Origin: Eledone cirrhosa
Taxonomy: Eukaryota
Assembly: GCA_964016885.1 (NCBI GenBank)
Contig: CAXHJY010001514.1
Span: forward strand, 132,533-196,532
Length of the DNA: 64,000 bases
Direction: 5' to 3'
The notes beneath the pieces were generated by a model, which was not told the origin of the DNA, did no database searches, and worked only from the letters and a program-made list of their open reading frames with translations. Within the stretch, counting starts at the first letter, position 1, and the number at the start of each line of letters is the position of its first letter. A program made the translations under genes and the position numbers. Shown in pieces: positions 1-13,224 of this stretch.

Positions 1-479
1 TATCTGTTATATATAAACATATTATGTCAAGTATATTTTACAGAAGTTATACAATGGTGGGAATATTTTGTTATCTGTTATATATAAACATATTATGTCA
101 ACTATATTTTACAGAATGGTGGGAAAGGTAAAAAAGGTCAGATCTGGTTGTTATAGGAAAGTAATGGAAAGGACTATAAATGCCATAAATGAGAAGAAAA
201 GGAGGGCAAGAGCAAGGACTATTAGGTAATGGAAGAAAGAGAGGGGGAAGAAAAGACGGCGACAGACTGTGTGCCTAGGTCAAGGTGGAGTTTCAGCTGT
301 GGCCCACAGACAAAACTCCAAAGGCATTTCCAATTGCCAGCGACACCCACAGCAACAGCCACCCCACCTTATAAGGCTCCTTCTAGAAGCTCTCAGATTC
401 CTATAGAAGAAAGAAAATTAAGACATTGAACTGGGGGAAGGGGGGGGCATGGTGTATAACATTATATTAAATACAAAAG

Positions 480-671
480 GGTGGTGGATTGGCAGTATCG
501 GTAGAGGGTAGGACGCCATGATTTGCAGCAAAGAGTTACACTCCTTTATGGTCTGAGTTCAAATCCCACCGAGGTTAACTTTGCCTTTCATCCTTACGGG
601 GTCGATAAAATAAAGTACCAGTAATACACTGGAATAATTGCTGCCCTTGTGCCAAAAGTAGAAACAATTAT
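480..671 (+). mobile_element. tRNA-derived SINE
   Basis: A-box-like TGGCAGTATCGG, B-box GTTCAAATCCC, core GCCTTTCATCCTTACGGGGTCGATAAAATAAAGTACCAG repeated at ~11530 and ~30365. Confidence 0.8.
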
Positions 672-1179
672 ATTAAATACAAACCAAAAGTATAATACAA
701 GAACTACTTACACATAATGCATCTCAAATGGGTTCAACAGAAGCAGTTCTTGTTACCTTATATTAAATCTATCTGTTCTGTTTGTTTTATCATCATACCA
801 GCAGAAAGACTTATTTTTCTGTTGCATGATCAAGCATTTTAAAATGGTACTCTCAAATCATGTGAAACCATTTTGCTGGTTTGAGAGCTAATGAGGGTGA
901 AGATGTGTAAACTTGTCTTATACATCACCTTTCTTTATTTCCTTCTTCCAGTCACTTCTGTGTACCAACACCCTTGTCCTCCTCCTCTTTCAATTTTTTC
1001 TATATTTAATCTACCTGTTACCCACCTTGTGGATTGTCTATGTTGACCACTGGCTGCTGGTCTGTCTTCTGAGGCAATTTTGCCCATTACTGCCTTTGAC
1101 AGTATTTGGTTGTTCTAGAGATGGGATTTCTCATTTTTTATTAAATCAAATATTAAATATTTTCATTTCTATATTTCAG

Positions 1180-1269
1180 TCAGTTGATGGATTTGCTTTT
1201 GCACTTGCAAGTGACGGACGATTCCTTTATGTATCGGAAACTGTATCTATCTATCTCGGATTGTCACAG
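1180..1269 (+). CDS. trh/NPAS3: bHLH-PAS factor trachealess/NPAS3-like, internal exon (start of PAS-A)
   Basis: tttcAG|...|GTaagg boundaries; 90 nt encoding [30 protein letters not shown], the PAS-A signature of Trh/NPAS1/3; phase 0/0. Confidence 0.95.
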
Positions 1270-1345
1270 GTAAGGCAGACAGTCAGCACTGGATTTTTAT
1301 AACAATTTTTCCTTCATTAGTATACCTGTCTTCCTTCTTCATGTT

Positions 1346-1441
<96 letters not shown>

Positions 1442-1998
1442 TGCATATATATATATATATACACACATGCATATGTATATGTATATAAATATACACACAC
1501 ACATATATTCACATGTATGTATGTATAGTTGAAGATTAAAAAAGATAAACACAGAGATACAATCACACAAAGTCTTATTAGTTTTAATAAAAAGATATAT
1601 TGATCTGACACTTCCTACCACGCTCCCATTATGTCTTCCTAATTTGGTCAGAATTGTTTAGTTTGGCTTTTACACAAACCTCGTTCTTCTGGATTACCTG
1701 CAGTCTGACTGAAACCAGTAAAAGGGTAAAAGAATATGTATCCAGTGTATTTGTTTTAGAATAGTTACACTGTATCCTTGTAAGACAGGCTAAAGGATTG
1801 TTATAGGGAACGGCATTCAGCTATAAAATATTGCCTCAAAAAGTCCTGTCGAACCCATGCCGGCACAGAAATATTGATGTAAAAATTTATGGTTATGGTG
1901 CTGATGATGATATATAATCTTTTTGCAACTGTTTTCCATGCTTGAATTATTTATTTGTGAAATTGGGGATAAACATTAGTTAAGTGTATACATCAATA

Positions 1999-2084
1999 TT
2001 TAATATAGAAATAGCTTCTACAGGACTGATGATTTCATATGAATGAAACAGCTCTAGTCCTGTAGAAACTATTTCTATATTAAA
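1999..2084 (+). ncRNA. degenerate hammerhead motif inside a 29-bp hairpin
   Basis: CTGATGA (2026) tttcatatgaat GAAA cagctc TA; flanks 1999-2027 and 2056-2084 are inverted repeats; stem I register is off by one nucleotide. Confidence 0.45.
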
Positions 2085-2147
2085 AAATGATATATTGTGT
2101 GTGTGAATACATATATCATCCTTTATCATCTATTTTCTCCTCTAGGG

Positions 2148-2190
<43 letters not shown>

Positions 2191-2735
2191 TTCCCCTGAA
2201 GAATATAATTGACTCTGTTAGAGAGATATTCCTGCAAGAGGAATTATCCTTTCCCTGCAAGGGGTAGAAAGAAAAATTGCCTTCAAATATATAATTTGAA
2301 CCCCTTTATTTTCGACATGTTTTATTTTTATTTTCCTCCCTTTTTTGCAAGTCCTTACTCTTTCCCTCCTTTTCTCCTCCATTTATGGTATTTATAGTTC
2401 CTCTCCTCTACAACCAGATCTGCCCTGCTTTACCCCTTCCCCTTTTTTTCATTATTTAATTTTGTTTTTATCTTTTTTCAATATTGTCCATCATTGTATA
2501 ACTTCTGTAAAATATTGTTTACATATCTGAAATAGACTGCAATTCCTGGAAATTGTATTCTGTCTATGGAACATGGGAAAATGTTTGATAAATAGTTTTC
2601 TAAGATATTGTAGTTGAAGATAATTGTTAAGGTCAGGTGTATCATCCTTAAAACTGGAATAGCGGGGCTGGATTCACACCATATATTACACGCACCAACT
2701 TAGATTGGGTAGAGGTAAAACAAATAATGCTTGAT

Positions 2736-2839
<104 letters not shown>

Positions 2840-2943
2840 CTCTCCCTATCTATCTATCTCTCCCTATCTCCCTATCTATCTCTATCTGAATCTCTACCTG
2901 TATATAAATATATATATATATATATATATCTGTCGTCTCTCTC

Positions 2944-2974
<31 letters not shown>

Positions 2975-3099
2975 ACATATATACATAGATTGATAGAGAG
3001 AGAGGGGTGGGAGAGAGTTAATTCCATAATAATTACCAAACCATACTTGAGAACATGTGTTTCACCCAAATAATTTGGGTATAACCTTCTAATTTTTCA

Positions 3100-3153
<54 letters not shown>

Positions 3154-3188
3154 GATACATATATATATATATATATATACATATATAG

Positions 3189-3245
<57 letters not shown>

Positions 3246-3368
3246 TACATAAATTATCTTTTGGTAGTGTGATTTCGTAAATCTATTAGTATATTTTACT
3301 CACAGTAGTAATTCTAGTTGAGTGTATATTTTAAAGATATGTGTGAATTTTTCTTTTAACTTCCCGAA

Positions 3369-6300
3369 ACAACACAACAAGGTTACAGTGACTTAGACAA
3401 CACAACAGTCACTGTAACTCTGTTGTGTTGTCTAAGTCACTGTAACACTGTTAGACAACACAACAGGGTTACAGTGACTTAGCAACACAACAGGGTTACA
3501 GTGACTTAGCAACACAACAGGGTTACAGTGACTTAGCAACACGACAGGGTTACAGTGACTTAGCAACACAACAGGGTTACAGTGACGTAGACAACACAAC
3601 AGGGTTACAGTGACTTAGATAACACAACAGAGTTACAGTGACTTAGACAACAGGGTTACAGTGACTTAGACAACAGAGTTACAGTGACTTAGATAACAGG
3701 GTTACAGTGACTTAGACAACAAGGTTACAGTGACTTAGACAACGGAGTTACAGTGACTTAGATAACACAACAGAGTTACAGTGACTTAGATAACAGGGTT
3801 ACAGTGACTTAGACAACAGGGTTACAGTGACTTAGACAACAAGGTTACAGTGACTTAGATAACAGGGTTACAGTGACTAAGATAACAGGGTTACAGTGAC
3901 TTAGACAACACAACAGGGTTACAGTGACTTAGACAACAGAGTTACAGTGACTAAGATAACAGGGTTACAGTGACTTAGACAACAGAGTTACAGTGACTTA
4001 GATAACAGAGTTACAGTGACTTAGACAACAGAGTTACAGTGACTTAGATAACAGGGTTACAGTGACTTAGACAACAGGGTTACAGTGACTTAGACAACAG
4101 AGTTACAGTGACTTAGATAACAGGGTTACAGTGACTTAGACAACAGGGTTACAGTGACTTAGATAACAGGGTTACAGTGACTTAGATAACAGGGTTACAG
4201 TGACTTAGATAACAAGGTTACAGTGACTTAGATAACAGAGTTACAGTGACTTAGATAACAGGGTTACAGTGACTTAGACAACAGGGTTACAGTAACTTAG
4301 ACAACAGAGTTACGGTGACTTAGATAACAAGGTTACAGTGACTTAGATAACAGGGTTACAGTGACTTAGGTAACAAGGTTACAGTGACTTAGACAACAGG
4401 GTTACAGTGACTTAGATAACAGGGTTACAGTGACTTAGATAACAGGGTTACAGTGACTTAGATAACAGGGTTACAGTGACTTAGACAACAGGGTTACAGT
4501 GACTTAGATAACAGGGTTACTGTGACTTAGATAACAGGGTTACAGTGACTTAGACAACAGGGTTACAGTGACTTAGACAACAGGGTTACAGTGACTTAGA
4601 CAACAGGGTTACAGTGACTTAGATAGCAAGGTTAGAGTGACTTAGACAACAGAGTTACAGTGACTTAGTCAACAGAGTTACAGTGACTTAGACAACAAGG
4701 TTACAGTGACTTAGATAACATGGTTACAGTAACTAAGATAACAGGGTTACAGTGACTTAGACAACAGAGTTACAGTGACTTAGATAACAGGGTTACAGTG
4801 ACTTAGACAACAGAGTTACAGTGACTTAGACAACAGAGTTACAGTGACTTAGATAACAAGGTTACAGTGACTTAGACAACAGGGTTACAGTGACTTAGAT
4901 AACAGGGTTACAGTGACTTAGACAACAGGGTTACAGTGACTTAGATAACAGGGTTACAGTGACTTAGACAACAGGGTTACAGTGACTTAGACAACAGGGT
5001 TACAGTGACTTAGATAACAGGGTTACAGTGACTTAGATAACAGGGTTACAGTGACTTAGACAACAGGGTTACAGTGACTTAGATAACAGGGTTACAGTGA
5101 CTTAGACAACAGGGTTACAGTGACTTAGATAACAGGGTTACAGTGACTTAGACAACAGGGTTACAGTGACTTAGACAACAGGGTTACAGTGACTTAGATA
5201 ACATGGTTACAGTAACTAAGATAACAGGGTTACAGTGACTTAGACAACAGAGTTACAGTGACTTAGACAACAGGGTTACAGTGACTTAGACAACAGAGTT
5301 ACAATGACTTAGATAACAGGGTTACAGTGACTTAGACAACAGAGTTACAGTGACTTAGATAACACAACAGAGTTACAGTGTCTTAGATAACACAACAGAG
5401 TTACAGTGACTTAGATAACAGGGTTACAGTGACTTAGACAACAGAGTTACAGTGACTTAGACAACAAGGTTACAGTGACTTAGACAACAGAGTTACAGTG
5501 ACTTAGATAACACAACAGAGTTACAGTGACTTAGATAACAGGGTTATAGGGACTTAGACAACAGGGTTACAGTGACTTAGATAACAGGGCTACAGTGGCT
5601 TAGACAACAGGGTTACAGTGACTTAGACAACAGAGTTACAGTGACTTAGATAACAAGGTTACAGTGTCTTAGACAACAGAGTGACAGTGACTTAGATAAT
5701 AGGGTTACAGTGACTTAGACAACAGGGTTACAGTGACTTAGACAACAGGGTTACAGTGACTTAGATAACAGGGTTACAGTGACTTAGAGAACAGGGTTAC
5801 AGTGACTTAGATAATAGGGTTACAGTGACTTAGACAACAGGGTTACAGTGACTTAGATAACAGGGTTACAGTGACTTAGACAACAGGGTTACAGTGACTT
5901 AGATAACAGGGTTACAGTGACTTAGACAACAGAGTGACAGTGACTTAGATAATAGTGTTACAGTGACTTAGACAACAGGGTTACAGTGACTTAGATAACA
6001 GGGTTACAGTGACTTAGACAACAGAGTTACAGTGACTTAGACAACAGGGTTACAGTGACTTAAATAACAGGGTTACAGTGACTTAGACAACAGAGTTACA
6101 GTGACTTAGATAACAAGGTTACAGTGACTTAGACAACAAGGTTACAGTGACTTAGATAACATGGTTACAGTGACTTAGATAACAGGGTTACAGTGACTTA
6201 GAAAACAGGGTTACAGTGACTTAGACAACAGGGTTACAGTGACTTAGATAACAGGGTTACAGTGACTTAGACAACAGGGTTACAGTGACTTAGAAAACAG

Positions 6301-8043
6301 GGTTACAGTGACTTAGATAACAGGGTTACAGTGACTTAGAGAACAGGGTTACAGTGACTTAGATAACAAGGTTAGAGTGACTTAGATAACACAACAGAGT
6401 TACAGTGACTTAGACAACAGGGTTGCAGTGACTTAGACAACAGGGTTACAGTGACTTAAACAACAGGGTCACAGTGACTAAGATAACAGGGTTACAGTGA
6501 CCTAGACAACAGGTTTACAGTGACTTAGACAACAGGGTTACAGTGACTTAGACAACATGGTTACAGTGACTTGTACAACATGGTTACAGTGACTTGTACA
6601 ACATGGTTACAGTGACTTATACTACATGGTTACAGTGCCTTAGACAACAGGGTTACAGTGACATAGACAACAGGGTTACAGCGACCTAGACAACACAACA
6701 GCGTTACAGTGACTTAGACAACACAACAGGGTTACAGTGACTTAGACAACAGGGTTACAGTGACTTAGACAACAGGGTTACAGTGACCTAGACAACACAA
6801 CAGGGTTACAGTGACTTAGACAACACAACAGGGTTACAGTGACTGAGACAAGTTACAGTGACTTAAATAACAGGGTTACAGTGACCTAGACAACACAACA
6901 GGGTTACAGTGACTTAGACAACAGGGTTACAGTGACTTAGGCAACAGGGTTACAGTGACTTAGATCACAAGGTTATAGTGACTTAGACAACATGGTTACA
7001 TTGACTTAGACAACAGGGTTACAGTGACTAAGATAACAGAGTTACAGTGACTTAGATAACAGGGTTACAGTGACTTAGATAACAAGGTTACAGTGACTTA
7101 GATAACAGAGTTACAGTGACTTAGATAACAGAGTTACAGTGACTTAGATAACAAGGTTACAGTGACTTAGATAACAAGGTTACAGTGACTTAGATAACAA
7201 GGTTACAGTGACTTAGACAACATGGTTACAGTGACTTAGACAACAAGGTTACAGTGACTTAAACAACAAGGTTACAGTGACTTGGACAACATGGTTACAG
7301 TGACTTAGACAACAGAGTTACAGTGACTTAGATAACACAACATAGTTACAGTGGCTTAGATAACACAACAGAGTTACAGTGACTTAGACAATAGGGTTAC
7401 AGTGACTTAGACAACAAGGTTACACTGACTTAGACAACAAGGTTACAGTGACTTAGACAACAGAGTTACAGTGACTTAGACAACAGGGTTACAGTGACTT
7501 AGATAACAGGGTTGCAGTGACTTAGACAACGGGGTTACAGTGACTTAGATAACAGGGTTGCGGTGACTTAGACAACGGGGTTACAGTGACTTAGACAACA
7601 GGGTTGCAGTGACTTGGACAACAGGGTTGCAGTGACTTAGACAACACAACAGGGTTACAGTGACTTAGACAACAGAGTTACAGTGACTTAAATAACAGGG
7701 TTACAGTGACCTAGACAACACAACAGGGTTACAGTGACTTAGACAACACAACAGAGTTACAGTGACTTAGACAACAGGGTTACAGCGACTTAGACAACAC
7801 AACAGAGTTACAGTGACTTAGACAACACAACAGGGTTACAGTGACTTAGACAACAGGGTTGCAGTGACTTAGACAATATGGTTACAGTGACTTAGACAAC
7901 ACAACCGAGTTATAGTGACTTAGACAACACAAGAGTGTTACAGTGACTTAGACAACGGGGTTACAGTGACTTAGACAATATGGTTACAGTGACTTAGACA
8001 ACACAACAGAGTTACAGTGACTTAGACAACACAACAAGGTTAC
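3369..8043. repeat. 23-bp minisatellite (cagggttacagtgacttagacaa) with 28-bp variants
   Basis: direct reading; ~4.7 kb; short inverted block at 3407-3450. Confidence 0.97.
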
Positions 8044-8167
8044 CCCAGTACCCCACACACCAGTACCACAGTTGTTTCTGTTGTTGAAATAAAATAATTG
8101 AAATATATTTCAGTTTCAACATAAATAATGAAGAAAAGATTAAAAAAAACAAATAAAATAAATTCTA

Positions 8168-8445
8168 GGGATGTAGATGTAGAGATGTAGAGGTAGATGT
8201 AGAGATATAGAGGTAGATGTAGAGGTGGATGTAGAGGTAGATGTAGAGATGTAGAGGTAAATGTAGAGGTAGATGTAGAGATGTAGAGGTAGATGTAGAG
8301 GTAGATGTAGAGATGTAGAGGTAGATGTAGAGATGCAGAGATTGAGAGGTAGATGGAGAGATGTTGAGGTAGATGTAGAGGTAGAGAGGTGGATGTAGAG
8401 GCAGAGATGTAGAGGTGTAGAGGTAGAGAGGTAGAAGTAGATGTA
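8168..8445. repeat. purine-rich (gatgta/gaggta)n repeat
   Basis: direct reading. Confidence 0.9.
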
Positions 8446-8553
8446 TGTCTGTCACATCCTGGATAAATACCTTAAGCAGCAGCAGCAGAGATGACAGTGT
8501 GGGGGGGGGGGGGGGGTATGTATATACATGCATATACAAACACACACACATAC

Positions 8554-8587
<34 letters not shown>

Positions 8588-8610
8588 TCATCATTTAACA
8601 TTTATTTTCC

Positions 8611-8695
<85 letters not shown>

Positions 8696-8973
8696 TTACA
8701 TTTTACACATCTATATACACCTTACACAGTGACGAGTTGTTTAACTTCAATTTGATTTCAAAGCCAAAAAAAATAATAAAAGATTATTCTTCTTTCAATT
8801 TCCACTCCCTCAAAAAAATCAATACATTTATATATTTCTTATTGATATGTTTTTCCTGTCATTTATTTTGATAGGATTTTTTTTTATATTTTTAAGTGAG
8901 GGGTGTATATTTTTTTTTCTTTCTAGCTTTTTATTTTTTAATAATATATCTAGTTCTGGGTAGTTTTCATCCC

Positions 8974-9016
<43 letters not shown>

Positions 9017-9223
9017 TATTCCTGTTTATTTTTCTCTTTTATTCCCACTGGCTAATATCAAACACTATTTGTGTAATGCAAATAATATAAATTTTTTTTA
9101 ATATAGATTTTCCAAATTTTGTAGAAATATTATTCCCCCCCCCCCTCCCTCCCGTTTTACATATATATATATGCTCTGTTCATTTTCCTGACATTTCTAC
9201 ATTACCCTATGTACTATACATAC

Positions 9224-11239
9224 ATAATAATAATAATGAAATTATAGTGTACAGTGCTCAGGTGCACTACAACTCGTCAAAGGTGTATGTATAGTACATA
9301 GAATAATATACAAATGTCAGGGAAGTGAACAGTGTATGAGTCATGATATACATGTGTATATGTGTATGGAGGGGGAACATTAGGTGTAGTGTTGGCGAAT
9401 CTCAGGAAGCATGGAGGTTTTAAAGGATGCAGTGTCTCGACAGCTAACAACTGATGCAGGTAGTTTGTTCCATGCTTCAGCAACTCTAAGCGTGAAAAAA
9501 TGTTTCCGAAAGTCATGGGAACTGTGCTGTTTTCTGACTTTGTGGGCATGACCATGTGTGTTAGACACATGGAAATCAAAAAGGTACTCAGGGTTGTTGT
9601 TGGCGAGATGGTTAACAATTTTGTGGGTGTTTACCAAGTCAGTTTCCAGACGTCAGAGCTTCAATGTATCCATGCCCAGAGAAGCAAGGCGTTCAGAGTA
9701 TGGTAGATGCCTGATGGAGGGTATTCGCTTGGTTGCACGTCTCTGAACAGTTTCCAGGCGGTCAATGTTCTGAGCAAGATAGGGGTTCCAGACTGGTGAT
9801 GCAAATTCTAAGTGTGGCCGCACCATAGCCATGTACAGCCTTAAATAGATAGCTGGAGAGCGGCTGACAAAGGTCTTGCTGAGTTATGCTAAGACACCCT
9901 TAGCCCTCTTGACAATTTTAGAGACGGGCTTCGTCCAACGCAAATCGCTGCTGACCGTAATGCCCAGGTCACGTTCACAAGAAGACTTCTTGATATTAGT
10001 GCTGCGGAGGGAGTATGTGGACGTTGGGTTTTTACTCCCAAAATGCATGGTGGTGCACTTGTCCACAGCTAGCTTGAGTTGCCAGTCTGAAATCCATTGT
10101 TGCATTGTGTCCAGGTCAGACTGCAAGCAAGATCTATAGTGTTCAGGATCTGTCCATTTTATCTCAAGGTACAGCTTGATGTCATCTGCGTACTTTAGTA
10201 CTGTGGCATTCTTTAAGTTGGCATCTATGTCATTAATATATGCCACAAACAAAAGGAGGCCAAGAACAGATCCCTGTGGTACACCAGATGACGTCTCATA
10301 TTGTGAGGAATGCTGTCCTAGAACCGTGACTACCTCTCTTCGACTGAGAATGAAGGACTTCAACCAGTTAAAAAGATCATCCTTCACACCCATTGCAGAG
10401 AGTTTTGCCATAAGCCTTTTGTGTGGCACAGAATTGAAAGCTTTCGCAAAGTCAAGGTCCACAACATCCACCCATGAGCCGCCATCAGTAATCCGGGTGA
10501 TGTCTTCAAGAAACTCGATAAGTTGATCACAGCAGCTGGAGTTGGGGATAAATCAAAATTGCGAGGGCCGGATAAGACTGTGAGAGTTCCAGAAGTTCCA
10601 AAGTGTTTCTCTGACACAGGATTCCATCATTTTGACACTGCAGCTAGTAAGACTGACTGGATGATAGTTCACAGGTGATGTGCGGTCACCCTTTTTGAAC
10701 AGAGGAAATACACTGGCAATTTTCCACTGTTCTGGAGTAGCACCATTGTTCAGACAGAATTGGAAGAAGCGTGATAGCGTGATAGTAGGAAGTACCCACC
10801 ACGTTTAAGAAGCAGGTATGTAACACCATCAAGACCAGGAGAGGCATGGTTGCATTTATTTTTTAGGTGACGTCGCAGCATTGCAGGTGTAAATTCCATG
10901 GTTGTAATAGAGTCCGGTGTCATAGGTGGTGGAGATGGTACACTCTGGTCTTCAATGCCTGCATAGCATTCAGCAATGAGCTCTGCGCATTGCTTGGGGT
11001 CATCAGTAACCTGGCTTGTGTGGGGATTGTGAAGAGGACCAACTGGAGAGTGAGGCCTCTGCTTTGAGTGAACATACTTCTAGAACACTTTACTGTCAGG
11101 GCTGGTTGCTATGCGCTGCTCAAATTGAAGCACTGCCTTTTTTGTCACCTGCTTGAGGTGGTTGGAGAATTTATTTCGCCTCTTCCTATTGATGTCTGAT
11201 TTGTGCAGTTTGTACTCACGTTCATCATTGCGACGTTCT
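9224..11239 (-). mobile_element. 5'-truncated, decayed CR1-group LINE (RT and 3' UTR with (ATT)n tail)
   Basis: ORF fragments LDFAKAFNSVPH, SGVPQGSVLG, YADD, HFFTLRVAEAWNKLP; frameshifts present. Confidence 0.92.
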
Positions 11240-11283
11240 TTTGATGAGTTGTAGTGCACCTGAGCACTGTACACAATATTTTC

Positions 11284-11315
<32 letters not shown>

Positions 11316-11398
11316 CATATATGACAAGTGGAGAGATGCTGTGCTGAATAGGACCCGTCCCACCTTGCAAGCAGGGAAAAGCGGACGTAAAATGATGA

Positions 11399-11435
<37 letters not shown>

Positions 11436-11491
11436 TATATATACATATATATATATATACATATATATATATCATATTATATATTACCGTC

Positions 11492-11619
11492 CCTTTACGG
11501 TCTGAGTTCAAATCCTGCCGAGGTTAACTTTGCCTTTCATCCTTACGGGGTCGATAAAATAAAGTACCAGTAATGCACTGGGTAATTGCTGGCCTTGTGC
11601 CTAACGTAGAAACAATTAT
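11492..11619 (+). mobile_element. 5'-truncated copy of the same SINE
   Basis: near-identical to 545-671. Confidence 0.8.
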
Positions 11620-11684
11620 AATATAATGATATATATATATATATATATACATATATATCATATCATATCATCTATTATATTATA

Positions 11685-11743
<59 letters not shown>

Positions 11744-11760
11744 TAGTATATTATATTATA

Positions 11761-11857
<97 letters not shown>

Positions 11858-12551
11858 TAGTATATTATATTATAATATAATATATATAAACAGATAATAA
11901 ATTGATGCCAATACGTGGCTGTTATAAGTTTGGGATGATCAGACAAACAGAAGTTATAGAAAGAAAGGAAGAAATTGGTCTACATTTCCTTCAACTGTCA
12001 TATCAGCTTCTGTCTGCTGTCACCTCCCCCACCACTGACACTTGCTGCCATCCACCACCTACACCACCACCACCATCCTCATGTCATCAAATCCTTGTCT
12101 TGTCTCTCTTCTCACACACACAGCCTACAAACACAGTCCCATACACACACATAGCCCCCCCCCCCCCCCACACACACACACACAGCCTACACACACAGTC
12201 CCACACACACATAGCCCCCCCCCCCTCACACACACGCACACAAACACACTCTCACACACACACACAGTTCCACACATCCCCCCACACACTCTCACACATA
12301 CACACACTTCCACACAGCTCCCCCCCCCCCAAACACACACATCTTCTGGGAGGGAACTTCCTAGTTAACGAGCAATGGAGAGTAATTTGCTGGACTTGTT
12401 TAATGACATGTCATGGCCAATTTATGGAGAATTAATTTGCAATTCATTGCAGATATTTGATTTAATTTAGCACTGAAAATGAATGGCATGTCTACTTTGG
12501 TAGCAAGTTATGAGTATCTCACATAGAACTACAGCAGAGAGCCAACATCAA

Positions 12552-12835
12552 CTATAATAATAGTGTGTATATTTATATATTACTGAGGAAGGGGTGGTGA
12601 TAAAACTATAGACCAGAGTTCTGTGTTACACCTGGGTGTGTATATGTGTAGTGAATTGGCAGCTATTATTGTGTGTGTGTGAATATATTTATACTTGTGT
12701 GAGTGTATGTGTGTATATATTTATATACTCATACATATAAATATATATATATACACACCAAGATATTATCTATGTTAGTTGCAGATAGTTAATCCATAAA
12801 AGTTTGTAATAAAAGAATTATTAAACTAAAAACTT
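12552..12835 (+). repeat. ~290-bp interspersed repeat, left arm of a long-range inverted pair
   Basis: reverse complement of 30056-30357 with long identical runs. Confidence 0.9.
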
Positions 12836-13006
12836 GTCCCTTTTTATACCTAAAATATTACAATTAGCCGTCATTTTTGATGGCACAAGGTCAGCTAGTT
12901 TCTAGATAACTCTCCTAAACATCTTATACTAATCTCATAGTGCAGCTGTTGAGAGGTGGACAAAGTCACAAAAGTCTGCAATATACTCTTTCTTTCTTGG
13001 CTCTTT

Positions 13007-13222
13007 CGTTGGCGGGCAGCTGAAGACCTGGGCAACAATGATCAAGGAGGACCTCTCTGAACTCTCAAGTCAGCAGGTGGTCGGCCTGCGCCAATGGAAC
13101 CGTGAGTGGCTCGCTATCTCCAGTGACCTGGCTCGGGACCGTCGTGCCATGGTTCGAGATGCCGTCAGGACAATGGGAAGAAGCCGGCTCAACCCGTCCA
13201 CAGTGAATGTCGACACAAGTAC
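13007..13222 (+). mobile_element. RTE-type LINE 3' end
   Basis: GGQLKTWATMIKEDL...DLARDR, typical RTE C-terminus; ends CAAGTAC. Confidence 0.7.
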
Positions 13223-13224
13223 GC

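Noticed and set aside
480-575. tRNA gene
   Set aside because: A/B boxes are too far apart, no cloverleaf, and it continues into a repeated SINE body
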